Positions 1 through 14,068 are shown, counted from the whole stretch's first letter. The stretch is 61,130 nt of DNA, filler included, from Gonapodya sp. JEL0774 (GCA_027604505.1; 5 parts of 5 records of this genome joined end to end with filler, not necessarily neighbours in it); one strand, 5' to 3'. Notes: generated by a model from the letters alone, not told the origin. Made by a program: numbers and translations.

Positions 1-632
1 ATCACCTCCCACGTCGAATCGGCGCTGGCTGCCCCAAGAAGTCGGGCGAGTGTGGAAACGCGTGGGTGGAGGTCTCCTGCGAGCACCAAAAAGTCCACCG
101 AGAGAGTAGCGCAGAGATTTATCAAGGCATCGAGTTGTTTTAGGTTACCGTGGAGGTCCTGGTTTCAGACGATGCAGTAAGAACAGTCGGGTTCGAACGT
201 GAATGAAGAAGCGATCGCACCGATGACTCTAGAAACGTGACTTTGGAACCAAGCATTGGCTCTCGCTGAGCATCATCAGCCATCTTGAACCCGGCAATTT
301 GTGGATTTGGGAATGATTTCCTTGACCATTAGGCCCCTATGTAGTCCACAGCATTTCGGGCAAACATTTCTGTCAAAGATTCCATTTCATTCAAGGCTTT
401 TGCATTAGAGATTGATTTTCTTATATATACATTGGGCTTATTGTTATCCGTTCCATGCTTTTTCGAAGATAATAAACGGTACGACAGATTACACAACACG
501 GGCTCCCCAAGAACAGATGAGGGTATCCATCATTCGCCACATAATACCAAAATGGTGTGAGTTCTTCAATGAGTTCCGAGGGTCAGGGATGAGACTATCC
601 CACAAAATGTCCAAGGTAGCGACAGAGATTCC

Positions 633-2460
633 TCATTCATCCGTGGTTTGCCTCTTGGTGGAGCTACTGTCACTCTGATGTCGCTCCCGCCCCATTCCAC
701 CAGGAATGTCGATTGGGTTGGTCATCGCAACCTTGGAACTCGTCACCGGCCGACCAGTATTCGACACGAGCGTCGCCGCCTCGTCCATATCCATCCTATC
801 TACAATTTGCTCGGTATGTGTCGGTTGGGAGGGAATGTGCATGGCGGAATGCAGGCGATCCGCGAGATCAGCATCCAAATTTGCCAAAGCGTCCGTAGAG
901 AGCGACATCTCTTCCATCGCGGGACCGAGCGCCATCTGCTCCTTCGCAAGAATCTCCATCGCAACATCGAACGCTCCGTGTGCGTGCCGTTCGCCAGGTC
1001 CCAGCTTGGCGTACTGCTTCGACTGCCTTCCATCCGCGCCGACACAGCAGGTCACCTTGTTGAACCACCAGTCGGCACACACTTCCCCCAGCGTGGCGCG
1101 TTTGGTCGGGTTCACCTGCAACATTCGCTGGAGGATATTGCGGGCGCCCCAGGGTATTCGTTCGATTATAGGAAGGTATGCCATTTGTACGTAGCGGAGG
1201 AATCGAGGGTCGTTTCGGACCGCACACTGCCAGGGGAACTTTCGGGTATTCATTGCCTTATGACAATTCCACGTGAGGCAAAGCGGAGATGAATCTTGCA
1301 AGCGGAGAATCAATCAAAATGGGTGAATACCCACAATGTATATGATACCCAATGCCCACACATCCGATGCTCGCGGGTCATACGCCTGTTCCGTGAACTC
1401 TTCGGGGGCAATGTAGGGGGTCGACCCGCACACTCCACGGGAGAGGGCGATGGTGTTACCCGAAAAATCCCGTTGTAAGATCGGTTGCAGTTCAGTACCA
1501 ACGTGCAGAGGGGAGGTGGAAGGGAAGGAGGAGGTTGGGTAGGCGGGGTGTCGGAAAATGTCGGCAGATCCAAAGTCGACTGGTGGTGGAAGCAACACCC
1601 AGGAATGAGACGCTCACGACACAGACCCACAGAGTACAAGACAAAGAAAACAAATACACACTTATTTTCAAGAGACCTCGTCGGGGGTCCCAGAGAAGAT
1701 TCTCTGGCTTGAGGTCCCTGTGAGCGACACCTTGGCTGTGCATATAGGCCACCCCTCGAACGAGCTGAACAAACAAACAGTCTATCTCGCTCTGATTAAC
1801 AAGGGCACCGGTACTGATGGCGGTGTACATGTCTCCACCGTGAATATATTCCGAGACTTGGGCGAGCACACCCTGAGCATCGTCGTATTCGAGGTCGTAG
1901 ACACGGAGGATGTTAGGATGTCGAAAAAGCTTCCCGATTCGGAATTCCACTAGGCATCGCTGCATGTAGCGGTCGGGATAGGCCTCGTCGCCGTCCTTGT
2001 GCCGGAATACCTTCAAAGCGAAAAGCCTCCGGTCGCCAACCCGTCGAACCAACCCGACATTCCCCCACGCGCCAGTCCCAAGAGGTTTCTCCAGTTCTAT
2101 GTAGTTCTTTCCAAAAAGTCTTTGTGGGCCCTCCAGGTTTACACTGTCGGTTCCCGAGGCGTAATCATCACTGTCCCACGAAGGCGGTAATGACGCTGCT
2201 TCCGTCGAGTCAACGGCCGGGGCTACCGGCTGACGTCCATCATGGTCGACGGCACTGTTGCCTCTCTGTCGAGTAGGGCTGACAAGGGATGGCGATGAAT
2301 TCGAACGTGGTGTCCCTCCCACGTGCCCAGTTTTCCCCCACAGTCCTTTCAGCACACCAAAGAGTCCAGCATGGGGCGGCGACGGATTTCCATCAAATCT
2401 GTTTTGGCCAGTCATATCGTGCGTTGTCATGGCCAGTTGGACTGGAAACGTGCCACCCAT
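633..2460 (-). CDS. Ser/Thr protein kinase, fungal NPR/HAL/HRK-like (3 exons)
   Basis: Motifs LGTGAWG, FALK, HRDLKPENL, (I)DFG across intron 1661-1580 (GT..AG), GSTPYIAPE, DVWALG, then FPW...DPRF...RMLQVNP in the last exon. Confidence 0.9.
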
Positions 2461-3491
2461 TCGGCCTCCTTGTCAATATTCAGCACCTGGTCCGATCCGG
2501 TTCCCCGACAAGGTATTCCGAAACTCAATATTGGGGAAGCGTTTGGCGGTCTTCGGGATCGTTTCAGACGCCGCGAATCATCCAGAACCGTTCTGAGCTG
2601 ATCACAAAGAAAATGGCGACGGGTGACAACCGCACAACGGAGTTTCGTTTTTCCTTTTGAGGGTACTCAAATACGAGTTGGTTCCGCACCAGTCGCCGCC
2701 TGGAATTCAAGGGGAGCGGACACGGAGTCAAAAACAAAAACAATAGTGTATTGTGCAATTTTACAAGATTGCGCTTTTCGCGTGTTGCAGTTCTCAAAAT
2801 GGTTCTGACCCTTGTATTGTTTCATTATTGAACCGCACGCCAGTGGGCATTTATGTCGCCATCGCATCCCTCAAAGAGCACTGTTTGCGCTCACTGTTTA
2901 CAGCCTGATTTCTTCATACACAAATTGCAGTGCGTAGTTGTTGTGAGGGTAGACTGAGATGCGGATCTTCGGTCTTTCGTCTCGCAGCGGAGGTGCGAGC
3001 AAGTGGATAATCCACAAACAAGACGAATATCAATTAAATACCTCGGACTTCTGCATTGTGAAGGTGGCCGGACTTGAAAAGGGGTTATGTATATGTACGG
3101 CGTCCGGAGCTATCTTCCAATGATCGCAAGCGTTCCGGTTTTGACAAAGGAGCACCTTTCCCTCAGCTTTATTACCGGAAACGTTCGTACACCCGACCAT
3201 TGGTTGCAGAGTCTCAGGAATTTGTATTCGTGATTTGCAGGTGGATACCTGTTACCTCAGGAAGAGGTCTCCATACGTGCACCTGGGAGACACAACCGGA
3301 AAGTTGCGTCGTGACGCATATCTAATTTCCCGCGTTTTGTCATTGATTTCGTAATTCTGATGCTTCGGATGTGAAAGGGGATCGGGAAGTTGCGTGAATC
3401 TGAGATGGCCATCCACATAACTGCAACAAACAAAATCCTTGATGTTGGACAGTAACTGCATCCTCTTTGACACATTGTAAATCGTGATTAT

Positions 3492-5445
3492 TTATTCCTT
3501 GAACATCTCTCTAGCTACAACGACACGCATGATCTCGTTGGTACCTTCCAATATTCTATGTACCCTCAAATCTGGATTCAAAACAACATTGAGCTGAAAC
3601 ATGAAGCGCAGAAACGGAGAGCGACCACATACCTCGCAGATATTGCTGAATCGGGTAGTCTTTCAGGTACCCATAACCACCTGGCAGAGCAAAAAAAAGT
3701 TCATTCGGGGTTTGTTCCCACAGGCACGCACAACAAAATGCGCAACCAACCTAGTAGTTGGAGAGCTTGGTCGCAAATCTGGAAAAGAAATCCGGGATTC
3801 AGACAAGTGTGACTCAAAGCATGTCCCAAAACGAGGAGCTCACGTCATAACACTTTTCAGTTGCATGCTTGTGGAGTGGAATGTACAACCATCAATGGAG
3901 GGTCAAGGATGCGGTAGAAGTTCCCCTTTCGGCACCAAACTTCTCTCACCAGTTTCGCCATCGCACAGAGTGCAGGTACCGCCGGATCCTTCGCATCCAT
4001 GGCCCTCCCCGCCCTCCTCACCATAAGCCTCGACGCATTCAACTCCGTCGCCATTTCCACAAGTCGGAACTGGGTATTCTGGAACGAGGAGATGGACTGG
4101 CCGAACTGTTTCCGCTGTTTGGTGTATTCGAACGCGTGCTCGAGCGCCGCTTGGGCACCGCCCAGAGAGCTACTCGCGATGTTGAGTCTACCGCCGTTCA
4201 GACCTTTCATGGCGATGGAGAAACCCTGTCCTGCACGACATGGTGTTCGGAACGAACCGAGCGAGGTAGGTGTTGACAACACGTAACACACCTTCTTTCC
4301 CCACCAAATTAGAAGCCGGCACTTTGCAATCCTCAAAGATGACGGCTCGTGTCGGTTGTGAGTTCCAACCCATCTTCTTCTCCTTTGCACCGAACGAGAG
4401 ACCTTCCGTTCCCTTGTCCACTACGATACACGAGATTCCTTTGGGACCCGGACCACCGGTCCGCGCCATGACTACGTAGACCTCCGAATCGCCTCCACCT
4501 GAAATAAAAGCCTAAACGAAGCCATTACGGTGGGTGAAGATCTCAGGGTCGCTCCGTGGACCTCCAACGCATCGCACCTTCGACCCATTCAGTACGTAAT
4601 AATCGCCTTCTTTGCGGGCCGACGTTCCTACATTAGCTGCATCTGATCCTGCATTTGGCTCCGTGAGACAATAGGATGCCATTTTCTTTTGGGTGGAAAT
4701 TTGTGGGAGGTTCGCGGTTCATTGCAAGCGCGTGCTCGAAAGACCTCACTTACCTCGAACGTCGCGAGCGTCGGCAAGTACTTCTCCTTAAGCTCCACGC
4801 TGCCGAATTCATCAATCATCCAAGCACACATGTTGTGAATGGAGAGCAGCGCGGTCGTGGAGACGTCTCCCGTTGCGAGTGCTTCAAAAATGATGGAAGC
4901 ATCGAGACGGCCGAGTCCCGTACCCCCGTAATCAGGTGAGCAGTAAATAGCTTCGTTGAGAAAGATGCCAGGTTGAGATAGTTTTCGTCGCAAGTGTTGG
5001 GATGTTGAGTTCGGATTCTCACCTCCAAACCCCAACTCTGCAGCCTTGCGCATAGCTTCTTGGGGCCATACTTCATTCATGTCCCATTCTCGCATGTTCG
5101 GCGCCTAATTAAAATTCTGTAACATGGGGTGGAAAAACTCGTCTGACGATGAGAGCTCCGAACTCACGAACTCGCTCTCGGCAAACTTCTTTGCCGTCTG
5201 CTGAAATTCAACCTGTTCATCCGTGAGGCCTTCTGACCCTGCAGACAGAGATTCGGTGTGAGATGCTCATTGTCATGATCCCTCCGAACACGAGCGGAAT
5301 TCCGACAATTACAATCGACGACGCTTGAAAGTCCCGAAAGGTAGCGATTACGATTGAATGGTGACGATTGTGCCGGGAGGAGAGAGGAGATACCACGGCA
5401 TATCCTGGCTGCCTTTGTTGGTAACATCGAGAAAGTGGGGAACAT
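3492..5445 (-). CDS. ACAD8: Mitochondrial acyl-CoA dehydrogenase, isobutyryl-CoA dehydrogenase-like (multi-exon)
   Basis: Spliced exons give [72 protein letters not shown] and [10 protein letters not shown]. The N-terminus is Arg/Ser-rich, like a presequence. Confidence 0.88.
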
Positions 5446-6373
5446 CGGAATGCTCAGAATCGTTCGTGACGCGTGCACTTTGCGGACATGACAAAACGGA
5501 TCCTCGACGCCCAAGCCAAATCAGCCTGTTGACGACACAATTGAAAACGCATTACTCCTTCTTAATCGAGGTAGTGCGGCTCCTCTACGCATTTTATATT
5601 TTAGTGCTAAGTGGCATGCGTGGGAGCACTTACTCAAACGAGGAATCTGACTTACCAAATCCGCCTATCAACACGGATGAAGTGAACCTCGATGTAACAC
5701 TCAATGCTATTTGCGTGTAGTGCAAAGCTGAAGGTGATTCCTTGCTTTACCAAAGTGCCGAAATAAGATGGGAAGACCAGCATGAATGCGGAGCCCCTTG
5801 AAAGGCGTTCGCCGAGAGCGATACTTCATTGTCTGTGTCGGCCGTTTCTTTTTCCGCTCGTCACCATCTGTTTTAGTTTGTTGTGTGGCACTTTTCTTAT
5901 AATTTCTTGTGATGCATTGCAAGACCAGACATTAGCACCGATGCAAAGCCCTTTCCACCGACTAAACGGAAGTTTGAGGATTGTGGAGAGCAGTAACAGT
6001 AGCATTCGACAGAGTCGCGGCGGTTTGTCTTCATTCTATGATTGATTTCTGCATGTGCCGTTTCGCACACTCTTTGACGGAGACTGTGGCAAGCGCGGCT
6101 TGTGATACCACTGTGACACTGGGGGTGGTGATGGACAAAAAGGAAACACTTCAAGTCGCTTGCCGTGTTGTAGGTGCAATTGCTCGGGAGCTTCTCTGGC
6201 CCGAGTATGATTGAGTCTGAGAAACGTTCAGCGGCAGGGAGAAGAAACCTTTAGGACCGCTAACCAAAAGAAAAAGAAGCAAACAAAGAAAATTGATTCT
6301 CAGTAACATGTAAAATGTGGGACCGACTGTGCGTATGGGGCAAAATTGAAGGAAACACGTTTTTGGCACCAGC

Positions 6374-6473
6374 NNNNNNNNNNNNNNNNNNNNNNNNNNN
6401 NNNNNNNNNNNNNNNNNNNNNNNNNNNNNNNNNNNNNNNNNNNNNNNNNNNNNNNNNNNNNNNNNNNNNNNNN
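6374..6473. other. Scaffold gap (100 N) with a 77-bp duplicated flank (6297-6373 = 6474-6550)
   Basis: Identical sequence on both sides of the N run indicates unmerged overlapping contig ends. Confidence 0.9.
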
Positions 6474-7267
6474 TTCTCAGTAACATGTAAAATGTGGGAC
6501 CGACTGTGCGTATGGGGCAAAATTGAAGGAAACACGTTTTTGGCACCAGCGGAATCAAAAGGGGAACACCCGTCTGCAGCCGGGTGCCCCCCTTTTAGGC
6601 CCCACCCCGTTGGGACAGCTCACTCGTATTGAGTTGTTGCTGTTATGGTACCAAGTTGGCAGTGTCTCTGACTGGCAAGATGGTTGTATGCAGGATCACA
6701 AGGTATTCGTGTGATGCTGAGGCTCGAACCCCCGAGGTTATTTTTGCCTGGTGGGTGCGGCAGGTCCACCAGACTATGTTGTATAGCTGGGGCTACCACA
6801 TTCACCACCATAAGCTTAAGATTCTATAGTTACCGGATTTTGCGCTGGAACCCAACAAGAGACTCAAACGATAATGTGAATGCAACCATTACAAACCTCA
6901 CTGATCACTAGCACATCGTATATGTATGTACATACGTGAAAAATCTCTCACACAACGTCACGGTTGTCGATAACCGATATGCACGCTATTACTCGAACTG
7001 TTCTTGGGTCAAATCCTGCTCAGCATTGTGGATAGCGATATGGCATGTCTCTACCTACTCCATCATAGCTCCAACCCCTTCCCATTCTCGAATACATGAT
7101 GCCCCCCCACGAACAAACAGGAAGCTAGAATTCCAGCGTGCTTTGACATCGATTTTTCCAACCCTCCTCGGGAGACGAATAGGCAATTCTCCCATAATAT
7201 GGACCCGGAAAGACAACCGTTCGATTCCGCCAGACGCTTCGCGTTCGTGAATCCGCTTCTTTAAGCG

Positions 7268-10200
7268 ATGGATGCGTGACTGTACTGATGTTTGCTTAAT
7301 GCGCGTTGCCCGATCCGTTTACAGGGAGGGTTCAGCGCTGGAGAAACGTCTTCGAGCACTGGTGAAGGAGCAAAGCATGTTTTCCCGGGAAGTGAGCGAA
7401 TTACGACGTCGGTGAGCTCCCGACGGAACTTACCCATTGTTTGCGCTGGAGCATACTTTAACGAGCGCATTCAGGGTGGCGGCCGCTTTCGCTGATGTAT
7501 TGGTCTTGGACCCCTACTTTGCAATCGCAAAGCAAGTGGACTCTTTGATCTGGACCACTGTGTTCTACAAAGTTATTGCCGATTTCCGAATAAAGCAAAG
7601 ACAGGTAGGCTTCGCCACCCACCTTGTGGTGGTGGACTTCCGAAATGTTCACTGTCGTTTTCTGGCAGCTCTCGAGCACAAAGTCGCCCGAGTCCAACCG
7701 CGCTGTTCTCCTTCTAACGTCGCAATTTAGATATTTCTTGATTGATATCCAAGGATTTTACATTCGCCTTATCAGAAGACTGGCCGATGTTCATGAATTA
7801 GAACGGGTTGAAACCATGGTTCTCAAAAGGATGGAAATGGAGAGCATTGAACCAGACGAGGACCCGTCTGGTCACGCTCCTCTTACAGGTGTCATGGAAG
7901 ATAAGAAGAAACTGTATGATATGGTGCAGCAATGTCTTATCTACTTGGGCGACATCGGTTCGTGGATGATGCGTTTTATTCCCGTAAGCAGTATCAGTCG
8001 GACTAACCACAGGTGCTGCGCGTCTTCATAGCACGTTATCGTGCTCTTTACTCCGGTGCATCGAAAGATCCGGCATCTCACGCCTCATCTCGAGAGTTCT
8101 ACGAATTGGCCCTCCTCCTTGACCCCTTTAATGGACACCCGTACAACGGACTGGCTGTTCTTGCCACTTACGATGGAGATGAACTGGCTGCAGCTGAGAG
8201 GTATTCGCGAAGGTAAAGTCCCTCGATTCTCGCTGAAGTCGTGCGTTGGTCCCTCAATGACCGCCTTCGCATAGCCTGCTCTCTGTGCGTCCTTTGGGCC
8301 TCGCTCGACCCAACTTGGACTTATGCCTGAAAAAAGCGCGTGAGGCACTGCAGTCTACTGACATCGACATGCTCGCATCGACATTCGATCGCGTAAGATG
8401 GCGCAAGGTCTTCTTGGGTACCATGGGAAACGTCGCGGCGAACAAGATTGAGTGAGTTCCTGCTTCTACATAGTTCATGGCCGTTTTTTGTTGGACTTAT
8501 GCTGACTCCCATGATTGAAGAGGCCTAGCCGATGTCATGGTGATCCTAGCGTCGCATATTCCAATGCTCGCCACATCCTTTCCAGACGACGTACCTCTTG
8601 CGTTCTCACTGCTGGTCGCAGTGCCTCGCTTGACAGATGTTGCAAGTGTACACCAACCGGCCCGAGAAGTGTCTGCAACTTGGATACAACATTTGTGTCG
8701 GTACGTTGCAGCAGGAATGATGGTCGAAGTGGGCCAGAACGGAGTCCCTGCGGTGATGTCCACATTGGAGCTGGCACTACGATGGCTATCTTTTGACCTG
8801 CGCAAGGCCTCCGAAATCGTTTCTCCTGACCCCTCTCTGTGGGACTCGGTATGTACGGCTCTGAACGCCGTCGCGGACAAGTTTCCGGGAGCGGGACCCA
8901 AGCTCGCAGGTCCTGACATGTGGAGAGGTTACACCGTTGTCGAGAGTGCGAGTAACGAGGGTGACGACGATTGGAATGCGGTGCCGGGCAGAACGGTGAC
9001 AGAGGACATGCGTGTCGGAAGGGTGCTTTGGTGGGGCATTCGAATCACGGAAACCCAGGTGAAGCATCTCGTCTTGATTTTGCGTTTCGTAAGGACACAG
9101 AACGGCTACTAAATACTTTGTCAAACCAGAATCCTCCATTGTTTGTCGTCGGCAAATCTTCGAAGCCTGGATCGCAGCTGTTTGATAGCAACATCAGTTT
9201 CTCGACGCAAAATCAAGAAACGGAGGGTGAAGTGGGTCCAAAAACAGGTGTTGAGATAGCATCGGCTTCTGTAAGTCAAATCAATCAGTTGGCGTTGTGA
9301 GAGCACCTCAATCTAATGGTGCCTCGTTCCCCCGACACCAAATTAGATTTCGCCAGATATGATGGAAGTGGAGATTCAAGCAGGATCCATTCCATCTCCC
9401 ATGTTTATCTCGGAAAGCCTTCTTGGTAATCCAGAGCCGGCACAATCACCGACGATCCAACAGGGTGTTGTTCACAACCCCTGGAACGAAATGCCCCCAA
9501 GGCTGTCATCTCCCTCCAGGGGTTCTGGAGGACCACCAGGTCTGACGCCATCTCCACTCTCCGAGCATGGAAAGCGACCAGAATCCCCGTGGATCCTTCC
9601 TGATGCTGATGATAAAACGAGCGCTGCTCAGCGTGAACGCGCCGTGTCTCCATCCAAAATGCCTGGCCTCATGGGAGGAGCGGACGTTGCTACTCCAGCT
9701 GACATTGCAGGATCTCTTCTCAAAGGGCTTGCCGGTATAGGATCAGGTCAGAACTGGGGCATGGGTCGCGGTTCAGGATGGGAGGGTGCTCCTGTCATAA
9801 AGAACACGGATTCAAGAGCACGCATCTCACCGCTTTCTGGTGACAGTGTTTCCAATCCAGCCAATCTTATTGCAGTAGAAGCCTCAGAAGCGGAGCAGAG
9901 GAGACGTGCTCAAGTTCTTCGGGATATCGACTATCCGTTCGGAACTGGTGGCTCCGGGGGCCTCTTAGATGCATTCCGACCGTATCTTGCATCGAGTGGA
10001 ATGTTACCACCGACAGACGTCCTTTCGACGACTCCGTACCCCGCTCCTCCTCCTGGCTTGCCGCGCCATAGTGCACCATATGTAACGGGCAACGAGGGTT
10101 CTTTGGAGCGCTTGGGTCAGGACACCATGCACTTGCTTGGTCTTGAAGAGGACGCGGGAGCCCAGCAAGTCATGTCGAACTGGAGAGGTCCTGGCGCCGA

Positions 10201-10510
10201 TATTACTAGCGGGCCGGACTTGCCGTTTACTTGGTCCAATCCACCCGCACAAGCTGCAATTTCGTCAGTGGCTCCCCCATTGAACCCACTGTCCGGAATC
10301 ACAGGTTTGCGGAGTCCAGCGGAAATTGGCCTGATGCCTGCCCTTCCTATGTCAGCAACCTTAAACGAGTACGCTTGGCCCTTTGGGATGCCAGATCAAA
10401 CCCAAGATCTCTGGCAACCTCCTCACCAGAGCTCTCCCCAGGTCCCTCAACTGAGTGATCCGATAAGAGAGTTCATGAAGCAGATGCAATCGGCTAACCG
10501 GGATTCGTAG
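7268..10510 (+). CDS. Est1/Ebs1/SMG5-7 family protein (14-3-3-like Est1 domain, Pro/Ser-rich tail, no PIN domain seen)
   Basis: Exons encode IWTTVFYKVIADFR, CLIYLGDIARYRALY and FYELALLLDPFNGHPYNGLAVLATY. The long low-complexity last exon spans 9359-10510. The start codon is tentative. Confidence 0.8.
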
Positions 10511-10834
10511 ATCAGCCGTTGCTCTCAGCTGTTGGAAGCAGCTGTTGCCAGACTGCCAGTCAGATCCGGCTCAGCATCATAGCAAAACATGACTGTTTAC
10601 TGTCTGCTCTCAGATTCAGTCAGACAGTGGGGTCATGCTCAGTACCAAGTATTAATGCGTGCCCCGACTCCGGCCGAACATTTGTGGGAAGCTATTATAT
10701 TTGACAGAGGAAAATATAGCAAACTATGTATAGCTGAAATTATGACTGGCACTCTCATGCTCCAACAGCAGGTATCTCGGACTTGGGGGGCGCCATAACT
10801 TTTGGCACGGCGAACTTGTAAACATCACCGTGGT

Positions 10835-12226
10835 TCAATAGCCGAGCTCCGTTGTGTCCATCAGCTCTTGGTCCTTCCTGGTCAAACCTTGAAAGTCGGA
10901 TAGCGGGCTCTTAAAACGATCATAATCGTTGTAGTGGCTGTCGATAGAAAGTGAGCGCAACTGTTGCCACAGTCCACGAGGGGGAACACTTACATCGGGA
11001 TTGCAACTTTTGGCTTTATTATTTTGATGCATTCGACACCCTTATTGTATTCATTGCAATCGTCAGCCAGAATATACATGCAAGCACTATCACCATTCAC
11101 CTGCACTGCGTCTATTGTGACCACGAACACCTCATGACTGTCGTTCCCCCCACGTGAATCAAAGCGAGTGATATATTCGGAAAGCGTTTCGGAATTGCAT
11201 CTCTAATCCATAACTTCGAAGGTCCACATCTGAAGCGTTCGCCTGCGTCAGACTCTTGACGGCTGCTCTGAACTCTCCAGTCACAAAAGACCCTCTTTCT
11301 ACAATTAATGCTTTCGAATTGGTGAAGTGGTTCAATGCTTTCGTGACGCAGTAATCGTTTTCTTTCGATATCTTCACAATCCTGAAATAGTTCGAACCGT
11401 CATGGTGCCTTCTGGGACGTGGAAGGAGAAGGGGTGACATACCCGCATTCCCTGTGATACCACGCTCTCCAACTCAGCCCTCACATCTTCCACCAATGTC
11501 ACCATATTTCGGTACGCCGTATCAGCTTTCTCCATTTCCTCGCGCGTTGTGTATGTCCGATTTGCGTTCTCACCGCGGTCCTGAGGAGCGATGATATCCC
11601 GGTTTTGAAGTTGAAAGTAGTCCGTCTGCGATTTGTTATCATACAGTGACCGTGCCTTGGAGGGAGAAGGGAGAACGTTGAAACCGACAATGACCGTTGA
11701 CGGACCTACTTTCGCCGTCTGCTGAAAACGGTCTTAGTATCTTCCAAATTGCATTGAAATTCAGAAAAAGGCTTTCCCAAGTATCATTCCCAGAAGTAAA
11801 ACTATGGTGACTGACTTTGTACGAGACTGTTTGATGCTGGTTCGCATTGTGGCTAGCTCGTCTTTCTGCTGAGCAGCTACTCCAGCGACGGTAGAAAGAG
11901 GCCATCGATGGTTGCAGCAAGTTTCGTACCATTCCCGTAACGGTTTCTCCAGACTTGACCCAGCGTGCTGACATAAATGTTCTCGCCATGCCTAAGCGCC
12001 CCCGTTCACGTCAAATCGTCCGTGGAGGTCTTTTTACTAGTTTCTTCATCGGGATTTCTCTTGATCCCAGTCTTCTCCAGCGCAATAACCAGCTCCTATA
12101 CGCAACGTGACATCTTTAAGAGAAGGTCACTTTACGAAACAATTCTTGTGTACAGTACTCACTTTTCACCCAGAGAAGATAAAGTCCAGTTTGTCGAGGT
12201 TTATTGTACAGTACTCACTGTTCACC
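10835..12226 (-). CDS. Hypothetical multi-exon gene, 5' end lost at the contig edge; may be degraded
   Basis: Open exon-like stretches end at GT donors (e.g. ...VEDVRAELESVVSQGMR|gtatgt near 11443). No recognisable domain. Confidence 0.3.
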
Positions 12227-12326
12227 NNNNNNNNNNNNNNNNNNNNNNNNNNNNNNNNNNNNNNNNNNNNTTAATTAATTAANNNNNNNNNNNNNNNNNN
12301 NNNNNNNNNNNNNNNNNNNNNNNNNN
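12227..12326. other. Artificial contig linker N44-TTAATTAATTAA-N44
   Basis: Six-frame-stop 12-mer flanked by Ns. Identical copies occur at 24505, 36733 and 48947. Confidence 0.98.
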
Positions 12327-13745
12327 TGCCACAAACATGCCATCCTGTCTCAGAAATCCATATCTGTTCAATTTGAGAGCTTTGCAAATAAGTTTCAACT
12401 TTGCAACTGTTGCTGCCCCTACAGTCACAAAATCAAAGCATTTTAGTACAACTGCCTTTGAAGATGGAACATCTAGTTGGTTGGGAACATCATCGAATAT
12501 GTTTGTTGGTATAATTTGGTCCATGGCCAATGGAGGAACCTAGATGGTATGATAAGAAAGAGAGTGCAATCAGCTGCATTGCAGTTCATACATGATTTTC
12601 CTTTGAAGGCTCCTTCCCAATACCCTGAATTAGTTGCAGGAACAGGTTAGCAAGATGGTGATGTAGATTTCCCATTGATATATTCACCCTGATCACCTTA
12701 TTACGCCTTTTTGTGGTCCTATAGTTCTCGGCAATTGCTCCATACGCGAGTTTCATCGCCTCTATGTATCAAATATGGTAGGTCTAGTAGGACACAGTTG
12801 CCACTAATGCAGCATGGAGACCTCACCTATTGTCCATCTTATGCTAGGTATAGGTCTACCTGCTTCAGTTTCTGAGTGTACTTGTATGAGGTTATCTCTG
12901 ACTCTTATGTCCTCTTCACTTTTAACATATGGAATGAAACTCTCCCCTCTTGCATCCCATGAGTTTTTGAGAAACCGCTGGAAATCACTTCGACTGTCAA
13001 CAACCAAGTCAAAAAATCTAGTCAGATCAGAAGCAGCATTGTGTGTTCATACCATTTGTTGATTAGAACCTTTTCATGTGCATTTCCTGAGTTAGATCCT
13101 TCTGAGATGGGGTCACTGATCCTGGAGTGGTTAGGGCCCTCATCCTTGATAACTGTGACCACAGATTGTGTAAGGTTGTCAACAACTCTCCCATGGATGC
13201 TTAGCTTAGCCAGTGGACAGTGCTTCTTCTGATGCCGGTCATCTGTGCTGAGACTATCAACATCCAATTGAAAAGCTTCCAAGTTTAATGGCCTCTTTGT
13301 TGATTTTGCAGAATTGATGGAAGAGGCTGATGGTTCCATGACACCACTATCTTTGCAAGGAGTCAAAGGTTCCACAGAACTTGGTGAGGGGGAGCTTAGT
13401 GGCAGAAGACTAGACAATGTAGTTGTCTAGAAAGATGGAACTAATTGTTCAGTTCAGAGAATGATCATTGCTTGGGTCACTACATCTTACTGATTGCACA
13501 GCCTTCTGTCTTTCTTGAAGTATCTCCAAGAGTTTTCCAAGACTTGTACGTGGACCATATGCCAAAAATTTCCAATCAGACTCGTAGAGGTCTGATTTGG
13601 TGATTTGGAGCAGTGCTCTCCCATTTAATCTGAGTGACTTCAACTGTGTCACCTCTTCCGGCTGAAGTGTCAGGTAATCCTTCAAAAACTCTGTGATTTG
13701 CTCTGGGCTGAAGTGGACCAAGTCCTCCCAGTTCCTCTGAGACAT
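12327..13745 (-). CDS. Transposon cargo: N-terminal SAM-like domain and a SAP-like motif (3' truncated)
   Basis: Exon 1 FSPEQITEFLKDYL...LRLNGRALLQITKSDL...LAYGPRTSLGKLL fits the SAM pattern. The last visible exon ATVAKLKLICKALKLNRYG fits the SAP pattern. Confidence 0.6.
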
Positions 13746-14068
13746 GATTGATCAGTACTGGCCTGCTCATATGTGACAGATTGTAAGGTGCAGTGCGATC
13801 TCACCAGGTTTGATGGCTTCAAACTGAGGGCCAGCATCCTGAAAGTGATCAAGGAGAGAGGATGGATGTAGGATGGATTTTATGAGACCCTGCAGTGCCA
13901 TTCAAACTTGTGTTGCAACCTCTGCAGGAGGCACCCACTTTCCAAGCATTCAGCTTCACATACACATTGGAGTGAAAACAGACCTCAACTCATTGGAGAA
14001 GCAGAACTAACCTTTGGGTGACACAAACTGATTGAATCTGCTTGAAAAGGTGTTTCCATCCTCTCTTG

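Noticed and set aside
1..180. Open + frame at the window start
   Set aside because: Short, truncated and without recognisable motifs, so a gene call cannot be supported.
6297..6550. 77-bp direct repeat around an N gap
   Set aside because: An exact duplicate flanking a scaffold gap is an assembly overlap, not an LTR or TSD.
5700..6950. Short ORFs between ACAD8 and the Est1-like gene
   Set aside because: No motifs or coherent exon chain, and interrupted by a gap.
12149..12226. 22-bp direct repeat with 56-bp period (TGTACAGTACTCACTnTTCACC)
   Set aside because: Only two copies at a contig end, in a eukaryote with no cas genes. It overlaps minus-strand splice donors and is not a CRISPR array.
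12271..12282. TTAATTAATTAA palindromes at ~12 kb spacing
   Set aside because: Artificial six-frame-stop linker embedded in Ns.
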